DNA from: Chthonomonadaceae bacterium
GTDB lineage: Bacteria > Armatimonadota > Chthonomonadetes > Chthonomonadales > Chthonomonadaceae
DNA length: 20,000 bases
Assembly: GCA_035650735.1 (NCBI GenBank)
Contig: DASRGZ010000115.1
Location: 55,187 to 75,186, forward strand
Reading direction: 5' to 3'
The position numbers were made by a program, and so were the translations under genes. The notes under the pieces were generated by a model that did no database searches, had not been told where the DNA came from, and worked only from the letters and a program-made list of their open reading frames with translations. Positions within the stretch are counted from its first letter, which is position 1, and each line of letters starts with the position of its first letter. Shown here in pieces: positions 10,730 to 19,779 of the stretch.

Positions 10730-12232
10730 ATGGCAGACTCAACGCAAGATCAAACGGGGCAGGGCGCGAGGGATACAGGACTTGACCCTTTCGCCTCCGC
10801 GACAGCGATGCTGCACGCGCTGCGCCAGCGGAAGATTTCCTCTGTGGAACTGCTTGACCTGCACCTGCGCCGGATCGCGCGCTATAACCCGGCCCTGAAC
10901 GCCATCGTCACGCCGAACTATGAGAATGCGCGCCATGTTGCGGCAGAGGCGGACGAGGCGCGAGCGCGCGGGGAAGAGCGTCCGCTCTTGGGCCTGCCGC
11001 TGACCATCAAGGACTGCATCTACGTCAAGGGACTGCCGACGACGGGCGGGCTGAAAGAGCGCGCCGAGGCCATCTCCGAGGAGGATGCGCGCCTGGCGGC
11101 GCGGGTGCGGGCGGCGGGCGCGGTGCTACTGGGCAAGACCAACGTTCCGCCCTACGCCGCCGACTGGCAGTCGAGCAATCTGCTCTTCGGGCGCAGCAAC
11201 AATCCCTGGGATAGGACGCGCACACCGGGCGGCAGCACGGGCGGCGGCGCGGCGGCGGTGGCGGCAGGGCTGACGCCGCTGGAGTTCGGGGGCGATTTCG
11301 CCGGCTCTATCCGCATCCCGGCGGCGTTCTGCGGCATCTACGGTCACAAATCCAGCGAGACGGCCCTGCCCCGCACCGGCCATTTCCCCGGTCCGCCGAC
11401 TACGCCCAACGCCGCCTTTGCGATGGCCGTGCAAGGACCTCTGGCGCGCAGCGCCGAAGACCTGGAACTGGCCTTCGACGTGATCGCCGGGCCGGATGTG
11501 GGCGAGGACACGGCCTGGCAGCTTCACATGCCTCCCGCCCGGCACGAGCGCCTGTCGGACTACCGTGTGGCCGTGCTGCCGCCGATCTCCTGGCTGCCGG
11601 TAGATAACGAAATCCGCGAGGCGCTCGAAGGGCTGGCCGATACATTGCGAAAGGCGGGGGCGAAGGTTGCAGAGACACAGCCGGAGATGTTCGGCGACCT
11701 GCGCGACTACTATAAGCTCTACCGCTCTCTTTTAGCGGCTCTGAGCTATGTCGGCGTGCCGGAGGCGGAGCGCCGCCAGCAAGCCGAGGAGGCGCGCAAG
11801 GGGGCGGATGAGTTCGGTATCGCCTGGGCGGACGGCATTACGGCCAGCGCCTCGGACTATGTTATGTGGCATGGCCGGCGAGAAGGGTATCGCGCTTCCT
11901 ACCGCGCCTTCTTCCGGGAATGGGATGTCTTGCTCGCTCCGGCAAACATCGTTCCTGCCTTCCCGCACACGGACGCTCCCTGGCCGGAACGCAGGCTCGA
12001 CGTCAACGGCCAACAGGTGGATTATGGCCTACAATCGGCCTATCCGAGCCTCTGCAATATGACCGGCCAGCCGGGAACCGCCTTCCCGATAGGGCTGACG
12101 CGCGGCGGACTGCCCATCGGCATCCAGGCTATCGGTCCCTACCTGGAAGACCGCACCCCGATGCGCTTTGCCGCGCTCGTGGCACAGGAGTTCGGTGGCT
12201 TTCGCCGCCCGCCCGGCTACGAGGAGAGCTAG
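10730..12232 (+). CDS. Amidase-signature family amidase
   Basis: GLPLTIKD (catalytic Lys), GKTNVP, TPGGSTGGG, GGDFAGSIRIPAAFCG (nucleophile Ser), GLPIGIQ; GGAGAGAGG RBS before ATG 10730. Confidence 0.95.
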   Translation: MADSTQDQTGQGARDTGLDPFASATAMLHALRQRKISSVELLDLHLRRIARYNPALNAIVTPNYENARHVAAEADEARARGEERPLLGLPLTIKDCIYVKGLPTTGGLKERAEAISEEDARLAARVRAAGAVLLGKTNVPPYAADWQSSNLLFGRSNNPWDRTRTPGGSTGGGAAAVAAGLTPLEFGGDFAGSIRIPAAFCGIYGHKSSETALPRTGHFPGPPTTPNAAFAMAVQGPLARSAEDLELAFDVIAGPDVGEDTAWQLHMPPARHERLSDYRVAVLPPISWLPVDNEIREALEGLADTLRKAGAKVAETQPEMFGDLRDYYKLYRSLLAALSYVGVPEAERRQQAEEARKGADEFGIAWADGITASASDYVMWHGRREGYRASYRAFFREWDVLLAPANIVPAFPHTDAPWPERRLDVNGQQVDYGLQSAYPSLCNMTGQPGTAFPIGLTRGGLPIGIQAIGPYLEDRTPMRFAALVAQEFGGFRRPPGYEES

Positions 12233-12284
12233 CGGAAGCGACGGCACAAAACACGCCGTTCCTTCGATAAGCAGCGAACGGAAG

Positions 12285-12608
12285 CTATTCGCTTTCCTCT
12301 CGCTGGCTAGGCCGTAACAACTGCTCGGACGCGCTCTCCCCCGCTCCCTGGGCAGGACGCAACAGGGTCTGCTCCGCCGCCTCCGGATTGTCCGCATAGG
12401 CCTCCAGATACCCGCAGACGCTACAGCGGTAGAGGGTGATCGGATACTGTACTTTGTCCTTCACGCGCACTCCGGTCCAGTAGTTAGGCTCCGGAAGGCC
12501 GGCCACCCAGGTCACCTGGTAGCGGACACCTCCTGAAGCGTGATCCACGAGAAAGCCCGGTTCCATGTGGCCCTGGCAATTAGGACATGAGAGCGTCTGA
12601 GGGGGCAT
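12285..12608 (-). CDS. Zinc-ribbon protein (DUF6487/PF20097-like) with an LLRP-repeat tail
   Basis: CPNCQGHMEPGF and YRCSVCGYLEAYA; AAGGAG RBS; tail TLLRPA...QLLRPS. Confidence 0.8.
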   Translation of the reverse strand: MPPQTLSCPNCQGHMEPGFLVDHASGGVRYQVTWVAGLPEPNYWTGVRVKDKVQYPITLYRCSVCGYLEAYADNPEAAEQTLLRPAQGAGESASEQLLRPSQREESE

Positions 12609-12714
12609 CGGTTCTCCTTTCCCTCCGCGCCGTCGTACTGATCTAAGCGCCCGCGCAGAGTTATTTCGTATCGTTCCACTCTTAGAAAACTACACAGATA
12701 CTCTGATCGGGCGC

Positions 12715-13860
12715 TCAGGCGCGTTTGTTCAGCCAGAGGTCTATGCGCGGGGCTTCCCAGTTATAAGGCTTGGCGCAGATGTCCGGGCGACCGTCTCCGT
12801 CCAGATCGCCCACCTTGCCCTCATGGATGCCGAATCCGGTGGCGATTACCATCTGCGTGAAATGGCCCTTGCCGTCGCCCAGGAAGAGCCACATATGGGC
12901 GTCCAGGTGATCCGGCTGCGGGGCCGACTCCGTCCACTTCGCCATCTCCCCACAGAAGATGTCCGGCGTGCCGTCCCCGGTAAAATCCACTATCGCCAGC
13001 GTGTGCCCGTGTATCACGTCGTGGCCGAGCAGGTCGTGGCCGACCCAGGCGGAAGTCTCTTTCGGGTCGCCCTTGCACTCGTACCACTTCAGACGGCCCA
13101 CGCCGTCGCCGGGAACCATGACAACCTCCAGCCGGCCATCGCCGTTCAGGTCGCCGACGGCCATGCGCGGATGCGTCTGCACAGGGTCAATCCCATACGA
13201 GTCAAACTTCCCGCCACCCTGGTGCTTGAACCAGCGCCCGCCCGCCAGCAGTTCGATCTTCCCATCGCCGTCTATATCGCCTTGCGCCAGTCCTTCGCCC
13301 GCGCCAGAGAAAATCTCGGTATACGGCCAGGGCTGTACCGTCGGGTCGGCGGGGATGGGCGCGTGGAAGAGCTTGTTCGCGCCCTGGTTCCAGAAGACCA
13401 GTTCGGCTTTGCCGTCGCCGTCAAAATCGCCGCAGAGCATGTCGTGGTGCTGTGTCGCGCCGGAGTTTTTGATCTCGTAGCGTTTCCAGGGCGTGTTGGG
13501 GGCGTAGTGGGGATACGGATTCTTCCACCAGTAGACCTTGTTGCTCTGCCAATCGCCTCCGGCAAGGATGTCCAGGCTGCCGTCGCCGTCCACGTCAGAG
13601 AAGGTCATGCCGGCCTCGATGGTGATCATCGTGTCCTCAATGACGTAGACGGCCCAGCCTTTGGCGGCAGGCCGGTACCAGACCAGGGCGGGCGCTTTGC
13701 CCCGACAGGCGATCATGAACTCATTTCGGCCATCCTTATCGGCATCCAACACCAGGCACGCCGTCTGCTGATTGGAGCCGGGCGGCACAGGCAGGTCGCC
13801 GTTCTTGCTGGAGAGATGTACCCACTTGATGGGCGAATGGCCCTGTGTCGGTTCGGGCAT
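12715..13860 (-). CDS. FG-GAP/VCBS repeat beta-propeller protein
   Basis: About seven DxDxDGxxD/E calcium-loop repeats (DADKDGRNE, DVDGDGSLD, DFDGDGKAE, DIDGDGKIE, DLNGDGRLE, DFTGDGTPD, DLDGDGRPD); AGGAGG RBS before ATG 13860. Confidence 0.9.
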   Translation of the reverse strand: MPEPTQGHSPIKWVHLSSKNGDLPVPPGSNQQTACLVLDADKDGRNEFMIACRGKAPALVWYRPAAKGWAVYVIEDTMITIEAGMTFSDVDGDGSLDILAGGDWQSNKVYWWKNPYPHYAPNTPWKRYEIKNSGATQHHDMLCGDFDGDGKAELVFWNQGANKLFHAPIPADPTVQPWPYTEIFSGAGEGLAQGDIDGDGKIELLAGGRWFKHQGGGKFDSYGIDPVQTHPRMAVGDLNGDGRLEVVMVPGDGVGRLKWYECKGDPKETSAWVGHDLLGHDVIHGHTLAIVDFTGDGTPDIFCGEMAKWTESAPQPDHLDAHMWLFLGDGKGHFTQMVIATGFGIHEGKVGDLDGDGRPDICAKPYNWEAPRIDLWLNKRA

Positions 13861-13890
13861 TGCCGGCCTCCTATCGAAAACCAACAACCT

Positions 13891-14027
13891 CAACGGGATG
13901 AACAGGATTTAGCAGGATTTACAGGATTAAGACAAAGACACAAGCCTTGAACCTAAGAGGAAAAGTGCAATAGGTACTCGGTTGGTTGGGTGTTAGAAAT
14001 CCTGTTTAATCCTGAATAATCCTGTTG
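13891..14027. repeat. Inverted arrays of 9-10-nt CAGGATT / AATCCTG units in an AT-rich spacer
   Basis: Left: CAACGGGATG AACAGGATTT AGCAGGATTT ACAGGATT (13891-13928). Right: AATCCTGTTT AATCCTGAAT AATCCTGTTG (13998-14027). Confidence 0.88.
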
Positions 14028-14044
14028 AAAGGTTTTTCGGCGTC

Positions 14045-15436
14045 TTATGGCGTGCGGATCAGCCGCAGCGCCGTGTCCTCGGTGTAGGGCGGTGAGGCGA
14101 GGGTGAGATCGCCGCCGCTATGGGGGATGTCCTCCGTCTTCTCGGTTGCGCCCGTGCGTGGGTTGACCCATTCGGCGCAATAGTGTCCGGCAGGGAGTTC
14201 CAGCGTAAGAGTGGCCCGATTGCCGCCTTTGAGATAGAGGGCGTAGGCCCTGCCCGCCTCCGCCAGACACCGCACAGTCGCTCCCTCCGGCGCGCCGCCC
14301 TTGATGACGCCATTCTCCGGGCGCATCCGTAGAAAATCGAAACCGTTGAGGAAATCCTTCAGAATCTTGAGCTGGCGGCGTAGGGTCGGGCTACCCCCGC
14401 CCGGCTGCGTGGAGGGGAGCATGAAGGTTCCGTCCTCATGGCCGACGGTGAACGAATAGTCCAGATTGTTGTAGAGGCCGCCGCCCGCCAGCAGGAAGTC
14501 CCAGCCCTCCATGCGATAGGGCGTGTCGCCCGTCCCTTTAAAGCCCGTCTCGTCGAACCCGATGACCTTATCCAGGCCGTAGTTGACGGTCACAGCGTCC
14601 GGCGGGGCGGCATAGTGGAAGTTGAAGATGGAGACGCGCGGGTCGGGAGACTCAATCTTAGCGGAGCCGTTGGCGATGTTCTGCGCGATAAGATGCCGAT
14701 GCGGGAACGCCGCTTCCGTCTCTGCGATGATCTGGCTGATATGGGCCTGCCATTCCAGAGTCACGCCGCCAAAGTACGCCTCGTTGCATATCTCATAGAA
14801 GACGTTATCAAAGTCCTTGAGCTCCTGGACGATCTTGCGCACCATCGCCTCCTGCGCGGCGACCAGGGAAGGATGCTTCAAGGTCAGCGCCTCCGTGCGG
14901 GGCACATCGCCGATGCCCTGAATGTTGTTGCTCGCCTTAAGGGGGCTGATCTCCCACATTGAATCCTGGTAGTACGGGCAGAACAGCGAGACCTCCACGA
15001 CGATACCGCGCCGGCCTGCCTGCGTGCAGAAGTCCTTCAGGCGGTGGAAATAGGCGTCATCCCAGGTATTCAGGTCGAACTTGTTGCCGCCTCCGGCGTA
15101 TCCGGGTGTGGAACTGCGCGCCCAGGGGCAGAGCAAGCGTCCGGGAGCCGGAGCCAGCGTATTGTTACGGATGTTGAACGCTGCCGGGTCCTCCATATAG
15201 ACGCCGGTAAAGATGCGCGTGTAGTTCAACCCGTCGGCGTGCAGCGTCTCCAGGTAGCGGAGGTAATTGAAATCTTGATTGAGCACCGCGCCATAATGTT
15301 CCGCCGAGGTGATGAGGACGGTCGGTTTGCCCCGGAACAGAAAGTAGTGCGGGTTGTCGGGGTGCAGCGAGATCGGCGGCATCGGCTTGACGGCAGACGG
15401 CAGCACCGCCATTGCCACCAGGGGAGGGAATAGCAT
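14045..15436 (-). CDS. Clan GH-A (GH5-like) glycoside hydrolase with C-terminal beta-sandwich (putative collagen-binding-like domain)
   Basis: HPDNPHYFLFRGKP start, NYTRIF, YFHRL....QAGRRGIVVEV, YEICNE (acid/base), IGFDETG (nucleophile), C-terminal EWVNPRTG; AGGAG RBS. Confidence 0.82.
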   Translation of the reverse strand: MLFPPLVAMAVLPSAVKPMPPISLHPDNPHYFLFRGKPTVLITSAEHYGAVLNQDFNYLRYLETLHADGLNYTRIFTGVYMEDPAAFNIRNNTLAPAPGRLLCPWARSSTPGYAGGGNKFDLNTWDDAYFHRLKDFCTQAGRRGIVVEVSLFCPYYQDSMWEISPLKASNNIQGIGDVPRTEALTLKHPSLVAAQEAMVRKIVQELKDFDNVFYEICNEAYFGGVTLEWQAHISQIIAETEAAFPHRHLIAQNIANGSAKIESPDPRVSIFNFHYAAPPDAVTVNYGLDKVIGFDETGFKGTGDTPYRMEGWDFLLAGGGLYNNLDYSFTVGHEDGTFMLPSTQPGGGSPTLRRQLKILKDFLNGFDFLRMRPENGVIKGGAPEGATVRCLAEAGRAYALYLKGGNRATLTLELPAGHYCAEWVNPRTGATEKTEDIPHSGGDLTLASPPYTEDTALRLIRTP

Positions 15437-15543
15437 CTCTTCTTCTCCTAAAAGGGGGCGGTAAGGAGGCAGGCATAACTGCGCAAAAAGAGGCGTACCA
15501 GGTCTATGTTCCCTATCCTTGCTGATTGCGGGGATGATTGGGC

Positions 15544-15900
15544 TTAATCTTTCAGGATCTCAACTTTATTTTTCGCGTGCTCGGCCAGAATAGCGGCGCG
15601 CTGCTCTTCAATCGCCTTCTTGATGGCTTCGAAGCTATGCTCCTGGAGCTTAAGGAACGAAACGCAGAAATCCTCGAAGTCCTCGCGTCCCTCGTCATCA
15701 TGAAAGGCGATGTAGCCGCCCAATCCTCCGACTGTGTGCTTGAACTCAATTTTCTGGATCTGCCCTAGCAGCAGATCGGTGGGTCGGTCCCGCTCATACA
15801 GGCTGGCGATCAGGCCCGGTCGCAGGATACGGATACGATCTGGGAATAATTGAAGGATGCCATTGAGGCCTTTGGCCTGCATTAGCGCGCGCTCTTGCAT
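15544..15900 (-). CDS. Small hypothetical protein, bacterial PH-like fold (DUF4429-like)
   Basis: KGLNGILQLFPDRIRI...IQKIEFK...GGYIAF pattern plus a C-terminal helix; GGAGGAG RBS. Confidence 0.72.
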   Translation of the reverse strand: MQERALMQAKGLNGILQLFPDRIRILRPGLIASLYERDRPTDLLLGQIQKIEFKHTVGGLGGYIAFHDDEGREDFEDFCVSFLKLQEHSFEAIKKAIEEQRAAILAEHAKNKVEILKD

Positions 15901-15953
15901 CTTCTCCTCCGCTTTCCGCTCTATCAGAAGAGACCTACCGGGGTAACACCTAC

Positions 15954-15996
15954 GAATGCAGCTTGATGGGCAAGGCCCGCCCCATCAACTGCATTC
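15954..15996. other. 16-bp stem-loop with a single-nucleotide bulge
   Basis: GAATGCAG(C)TTGATGGG at 15954-15970 pairs with CCCATCAACTGCATTC at 15981-15996. Confidence 0.7.
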
Positions 15997-16131
15997 TCTA
16001 TTTCGTTGGACTGATGGCTGGGGCAGGATGTTTCGCCTAATTTGCGCTCTTTGCTTTATTTGTCGCAGTCACAGATCGCAAATGGCCCGTCTGCGGAGCG
16101 TGCCGCCGGTTTTCCCCTGCCACGGACAAAG

Positions 16132-16235
16132 GCGAGGGGATGAGGGGATAGGGTTCTAAGGGTTCTTAAGGTTCTAGGGTACTATGGTGCTAGGGTTCTA
16201 GGTTGCTAGGGCGAAAGCGAGGGGATAGGGGGATG
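16132..16235. repeat. Degenerate 8-9-nt tandem repeat (AGGGTTCT, about 7 units) flanked by GCGAGGGGAT direct repeats
   Basis: AGGGTTCTA AGGGTTCTT AAGGTTCT AGGGTACT ATGGTGCT AGGGTTCT AGGTTGCT at 16150-16207; GCGAGGGGAT at 16132 and 16217. Confidence 0.85.
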
Positions 16236-16244
16236 CAGGACGGA

Positions 16245-17189
16245 TCACCGCGTCTCCCCCTCATAGTAGACCCAGCGCGCCGAGGTCTTGAAGACGATGA
16301 AAGAGGCCAGGAGCGTGAGGATAAACAGCACCCAGGCCATCGCGCAGGCATAGCCCATGCGGAAGTACTGGAAGGCGTTCTGGTAGAGGTAGAGGGCGTA
16401 GAACAGCGTGGAGTTGGCCGGGCCGCCTACGCTGCCGGAGCCGCCCGCGCCCGTCATGATGAATGCCTGCGTGAAGTACTGGAACGTGCCGATGACGCCC
16501 AGGATGAGGTTGAAGAAGATGACCGGAGAGATGGCGGGCAGCGTGACGTGGCGCACCTTGTCCCACCAGGTCGCCCCGTCCAGGTCGGCAGCTTCGTAGA
16601 GGTGCTGCGGCACGCCTTGCAGCGCCGCCAGGTAGATGATCATACCGCCGCCGACGGCCCATAGGTCCATGACGATGAAGCCCGGCTTGGCCCAGGTGCG
16701 GTCGTTGAGCCAGGCGCTGACCGGTAGGTGCAGCCAGGCGAGGGTTTTATTGATCAGGCCGTAGTCCGGGTTGAGCAGCCACAGCCAGAGGATGGAGGTG
16801 GCCACCGTCGGCACGACGGAGGGGATATAGTAGAGCGTGCGGAAGAAGGCCATTCCGCGCAGATTCATGTTCAAGAGCAGCGCGATGGCCAGCGAGAGGA
16901 TCAGGGCCAGCGGCAGCTCCAGAAACATGAAGGCCGTATTCAGGAGCGATTGCAGGAAGTACTCGCGGTCGGAGAAAAGCTCGACGTAGTTACGCACGCC
17001 GACCCAGTGCGGCGGGCTAAGCACGCGATACTCGCAGAAGCTATAGTAGAGCGAGGCCACAATCGGGTAGAGCGTGAAGATCAGGAATCCGACGATCCAG
17101 GGCGAGATGAAGGCCAGGCCGAGCCAGATCGCCTGGCGCGCACGCCGGCTTTCGGTGAGGCTGTTCTGGCGGCGGGTAAAGGCTATCAT
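16245..17189 (-). CDS. Carbohydrate ABC transporter permease (CUT1, MalF/UgpA-like)
   Basis: FISPWIVGFLIFTLYP, FFRTLYYIPSV, EAA loop LYEAADLDGA, MGYACAMAW; start overlaps the upstream stop. Confidence 0.95.
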   Translation of the reverse strand: MIAFTRRQNSLTESRRARQAIWLGLAFISPWIVGFLIFTLYPIVASLYYSFCEYRVLSPPHWVGVRNYVELFSDREYFLQSLLNTAFMFLELPLALILSLAIALLLNMNLRGMAFFRTLYYIPSVVPTVATSILWLWLLNPDYGLINKTLAWLHLPVSAWLNDRTWAKPGFIVMDLWAVGGGMIIYLAALQGVPQHLYEAADLDGATWWDKVRHVTLPAISPVIFFNLILGVIGTFQYFTQAFIMTGAGGSGSVGGPANSTLFYALYLYQNAFQYFRMGYACAMAWVLFILTLLASFIVFKTSARWVYYEGETR

Positions 17190-18505
17190 TGCTCGTCTAG
17201 CTCCTTCTGGACGCGCTGGCGCACGTCGGCCAGCGCCTGTGCGGGCGTCTTATCGCGATAGAGGATGCGATCCATGGCGTTTGCCATCTGGCTCATATAG
17301 AGATTGGTGACGGGCAGCGCGGGAAAGGCTTCAGCGTTGGGACTGTCGGCCAGGTCCAGGAAGATGGCATATTTGTAGCGGAACGGCGGGCCGGTGCGCA
17401 GCTCCCTGGCCTTTAAAACCTCGCGGGTGTTGGGGACGTTGTTCATGTCGTGGGCGAACATCACCTGCGCCTCCCGCGACTGCACCCAGACCAGAAAGTC
17501 CCACGCCTCTTTCGGGTGTTTGCTCTCCACCGGAATACAGAAGACGTTGCCGCCCAGCCAGGTGGAGCGGGCGCGGTCGGGGCGGGAAGCGGGCGGCGGC
17601 ACGGGCGCAACCCCGTACTTCATGCCCGGCACGTAGCGCGAGATCCAGTAAGGGTTCCACTCGCCGTTGAACATCATGGCGACTTTACCGACGAAGAACG
17701 GGCTGCTGGCGGTCTGGTCGCGTCCAAACCCGGAGGCAAAGGCGTTGACCTGCTCGATGCCGCCCAGGCGGTCCACCAGGTTTTTATACCAGGTCAGGGC
17801 GGCGACATTGGCGGGGTCGTCGGCGGTGATGCGCCCGGTCACCGGGTCCACCAGCTTGCCGCCGAAGAGCGCGATGAGCATGTAGGGGTCGGTCAGGGGC
17901 CGAAGCCCCAGCCGTACGATCTGGCCGTTGGCGTCGCGCTTGGTGAGCTTGAGGGCGTAGTCGGCCAGCTCTTCCAGGGTGCGCGGCGGGCGGTCCGGGT
18001 CCAGGCCGGCCTCCTTGAAGGCGCCTTTGTCCCAGAGCAGCGCCGTGTCGTCAATCAGAAACGGCATACCGTAGAGGTGGCCCTGATATTTGCAGAGCCG
18101 CAGCGAGGCAGGCACGAAGTCCGACTCGCGTAGGCCGGAGGCGCGAAAGAGGGCGTCCATCGGGCGAATGGCGTGGTTGCGAGCGAGCGGACCGAGGTAG
18201 GAGGGGTCCCAGATCTGGAAAAAGTCGGGAGGAACGCCGGCGACCAGAGCGCGGATAGTCTTGGTATCGTCGCTGACGGCGCCGAGATTGCGGATGCGAA
18301 TGTTGGGGTGAAGCTGCTCGTAGCGGCGCAGGACGCGCTCAAAGTTCTTCTCCTCCTGCCCGCTCCAGCCGGTCCACAGGCTCAGATGCACGACGCCAGG
18401 GCCGTCCGCCTCCGCGCGCCGGCAGCCGTGCGCGCCCAGCAGCAGGCCGCACAGCAACAGCCCCACTCCCCACCGCAGCCGCCGATTGTGCCTGATGAGT
18501 TCCAT
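17186..18505 (-). CDS. Carbohydrate ABC transporter substrate-binding lipoprotein
   Basis: Signal peptide with lipobox-like AHGC; YEQLHPNIRI, GHLYGMP, FKEAGLDPDRPPRTLEEL, GKVAMMFNGEW, HPKEAWDFL motifs. Confidence 0.93.
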   Translation of the reverse strand: MELIRHNRRLRWGVGLLLCGLLLGAHGCRRAEADGPGVVHLSLWTGWSGQEEKNFERVLRRYEQLHPNIRIRNLGAVSDDTKTIRALVAGVPPDFFQIWDPSYLGPLARNHAIRPMDALFRASGLRESDFVPASLRLCKYQGHLYGMPFLIDDTALLWDKGAFKEAGLDPDRPPRTLEELADYALKLTKRDANGQIVRLGLRPLTDPYMLIALFGGKLVDPVTGRITADDPANVAALTWYKNLVDRLGGIEQVNAFASGFGRDQTASSPFFVGKVAMMFNGEWNPYWISRYVPGMKYGVAPVPPPASRPDRARSTWLGGNVFCIPVESKHPKEAWDFLVWVQSREAQVMFAHDMNNVPNTREVLKARELRTGPPFRYKYAIFLDLADSPNAEAFPALPVTNLYMSQMANAMDRILYRDKTPAQALADVRQRVQKELDEQ

Positions 18506-18510
18506 GTTTT

Positions 18511-18540
18511 ATCCTAACACGAAGCGGGCCGGTCGGTCAA
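18511..18540 (-). promoter_or_regulatory. Putative sigma70 promoter of the ABC operon
   Basis: Minus strand TTGACC (18540-18535), 18 nt, then TAGGAT (18516-18511) preceded by TGT; 5 nt before ATG 18505. Confidence 0.5.
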
Positions 18541-18648
18541 GAGAAATAGGCCGATGGAACTGTTCTGCTGCCTATTCGGTAGAGAGTACGGCGATGGAGA
18601 GCGCCGTTGGCCGGGCTGAGAAACGGCCCAACATTTGAGGAATAGGTG

Positions 18649-19767
18649 ATGGAGCGGCGAGAGAATGAGATCTACCGGGCGCTGGCCAGGGCGATCTGGC
18701 TGGCGACGGGCGTGGCGGTGGCGCTATGGTTTTTGGATACTATCGCGCTGGTCGTGCTGCTGTTTGTGTTTGCCTTCGTGCTGGTGCTGGCCCTCAACGT
18801 GCCGGTGACCTGGCTGGAGGAGAGACGGGTGCCGCGTCCCTTCGGCACGCTGCTGGTAAGCCTGGCCGTGGTGATCGCTCTGTCGCTGCTGGGCTGGCTG
18901 GTGCTGCCGCGCATGGCGGAACAGGTCGTCAATCTATCGCACAGGCTGCCGAGGGACATTGTCAGCCTCTCCGCGCGCCTATCGGAATTGTTCAAGCATT
19001 ATCCTATCGTCCAGCGCTGGCTCCAGCCCAACGCAGAAGCGCTGACGAGAACGCTTCCCTCCATGCCGACGCTGCTGATGCACGTAGGCAAAATCACGCT
19101 CACCGTCTTTGAGATACTGGTTTTCGCCATCGTGGTCGCCAGCACGGTCGTCTACACGCTGGCTCGGCCCCGTCCACTGCTGAAGAACTACCTGGCGATC
19201 ATGCCGCCGCATCTTCAGGAGCGGGCGGAACGGGCATTCACGCGCGGCTCGCAGATGGTGGTGGGCTGGATCTACGCGCACTTGATGGTGGGGGCCATCG
19301 AGGCAGTCTGCGCCGGGCTGTTTCTGACCTTCCTTCGGGTGCCGGGCGGCTTTATCTGGGCCGCATTCACCTTCTTTGCCGAGCTAGTGCCCCGGATCGG
19401 CCCCTACTTGATGGCCGTGCCGCCGCTGTTGGAGGCGCTGGCCGTCTCCCCGATCAAGGCGCTCTGGGTCGCGCTTTTCTACACCTGCCTCAACGAGACG
19501 ATGGGAACGTTCGTGCTGCCGTTTCTCTGGGGCAAGGAGATGGAATTGCATCCAGTTTCACTGCTGTTTGCCGTGATGGCTCTGGGCGGCGCCTTCGGTA
19601 TTCTGGGCGCGCTACTGGCCGTCCCGATTACCGGCTTTGTGAAAGCCTTTTACGAGGAGTTCTATCTCCTGCGCCAGCCTAAAGACGAACATCGGGAGGA
19701 GCGGGCGGAGAACATCCTGCACCGTGAGATGGAGGAAATGGAGCACGTCGAAGCGCCGCCCGGATAG
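18649..19767 (+). CDS. AI-2E (PerM/UPF0118) family transporter
   Basis: Multi-TM protein; LALNVPVTWLEERRVPR, ELVPRIGP, LHPVSLLFAVMALGGAFGILGALLAVP; GAGG RBS. Confidence 0.93.
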   Translation: MERRENEIYRALARAIWLATGVAVALWFLDTIALVVLLFVFAFVLVLALNVPVTWLEERRVPRPFGTLLVSLAVVIALSLLGWLVLPRMAEQVVNLSHRLPRDIVSLSARLSELFKHYPIVQRWLQPNAEALTRTLPSMPTLLMHVGKITLTVFEILVFAIVVASTVVYTLARPRPLLKNYLAIMPPHLQERAERAFTRGSQMVVGWIYAHLMVGAIEAVCAGLFLTFLRVPGGFIWAAFTFFAELVPRIGPYLMAVPPLLEALAVSPIKALWVALFYTCLNETMGTFVLPFLWGKEMELHPVSLLFAVMALGGAFGILGALLAVPITGFVKAFYEEFYLLRQPKDEHREERAENILHREMEEMEHVEAPPG

Positions 19768-19779
19768 GCTGCGTTACGG

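Noticed and set aside
11221..11250. Amidase GGSTGG instead of GGSSGG as a sign of inactivation
   Set aside because: The first (cis) Ser, the catalytic Lys and the nucleophile Ser are retained, so the triad looks intact.
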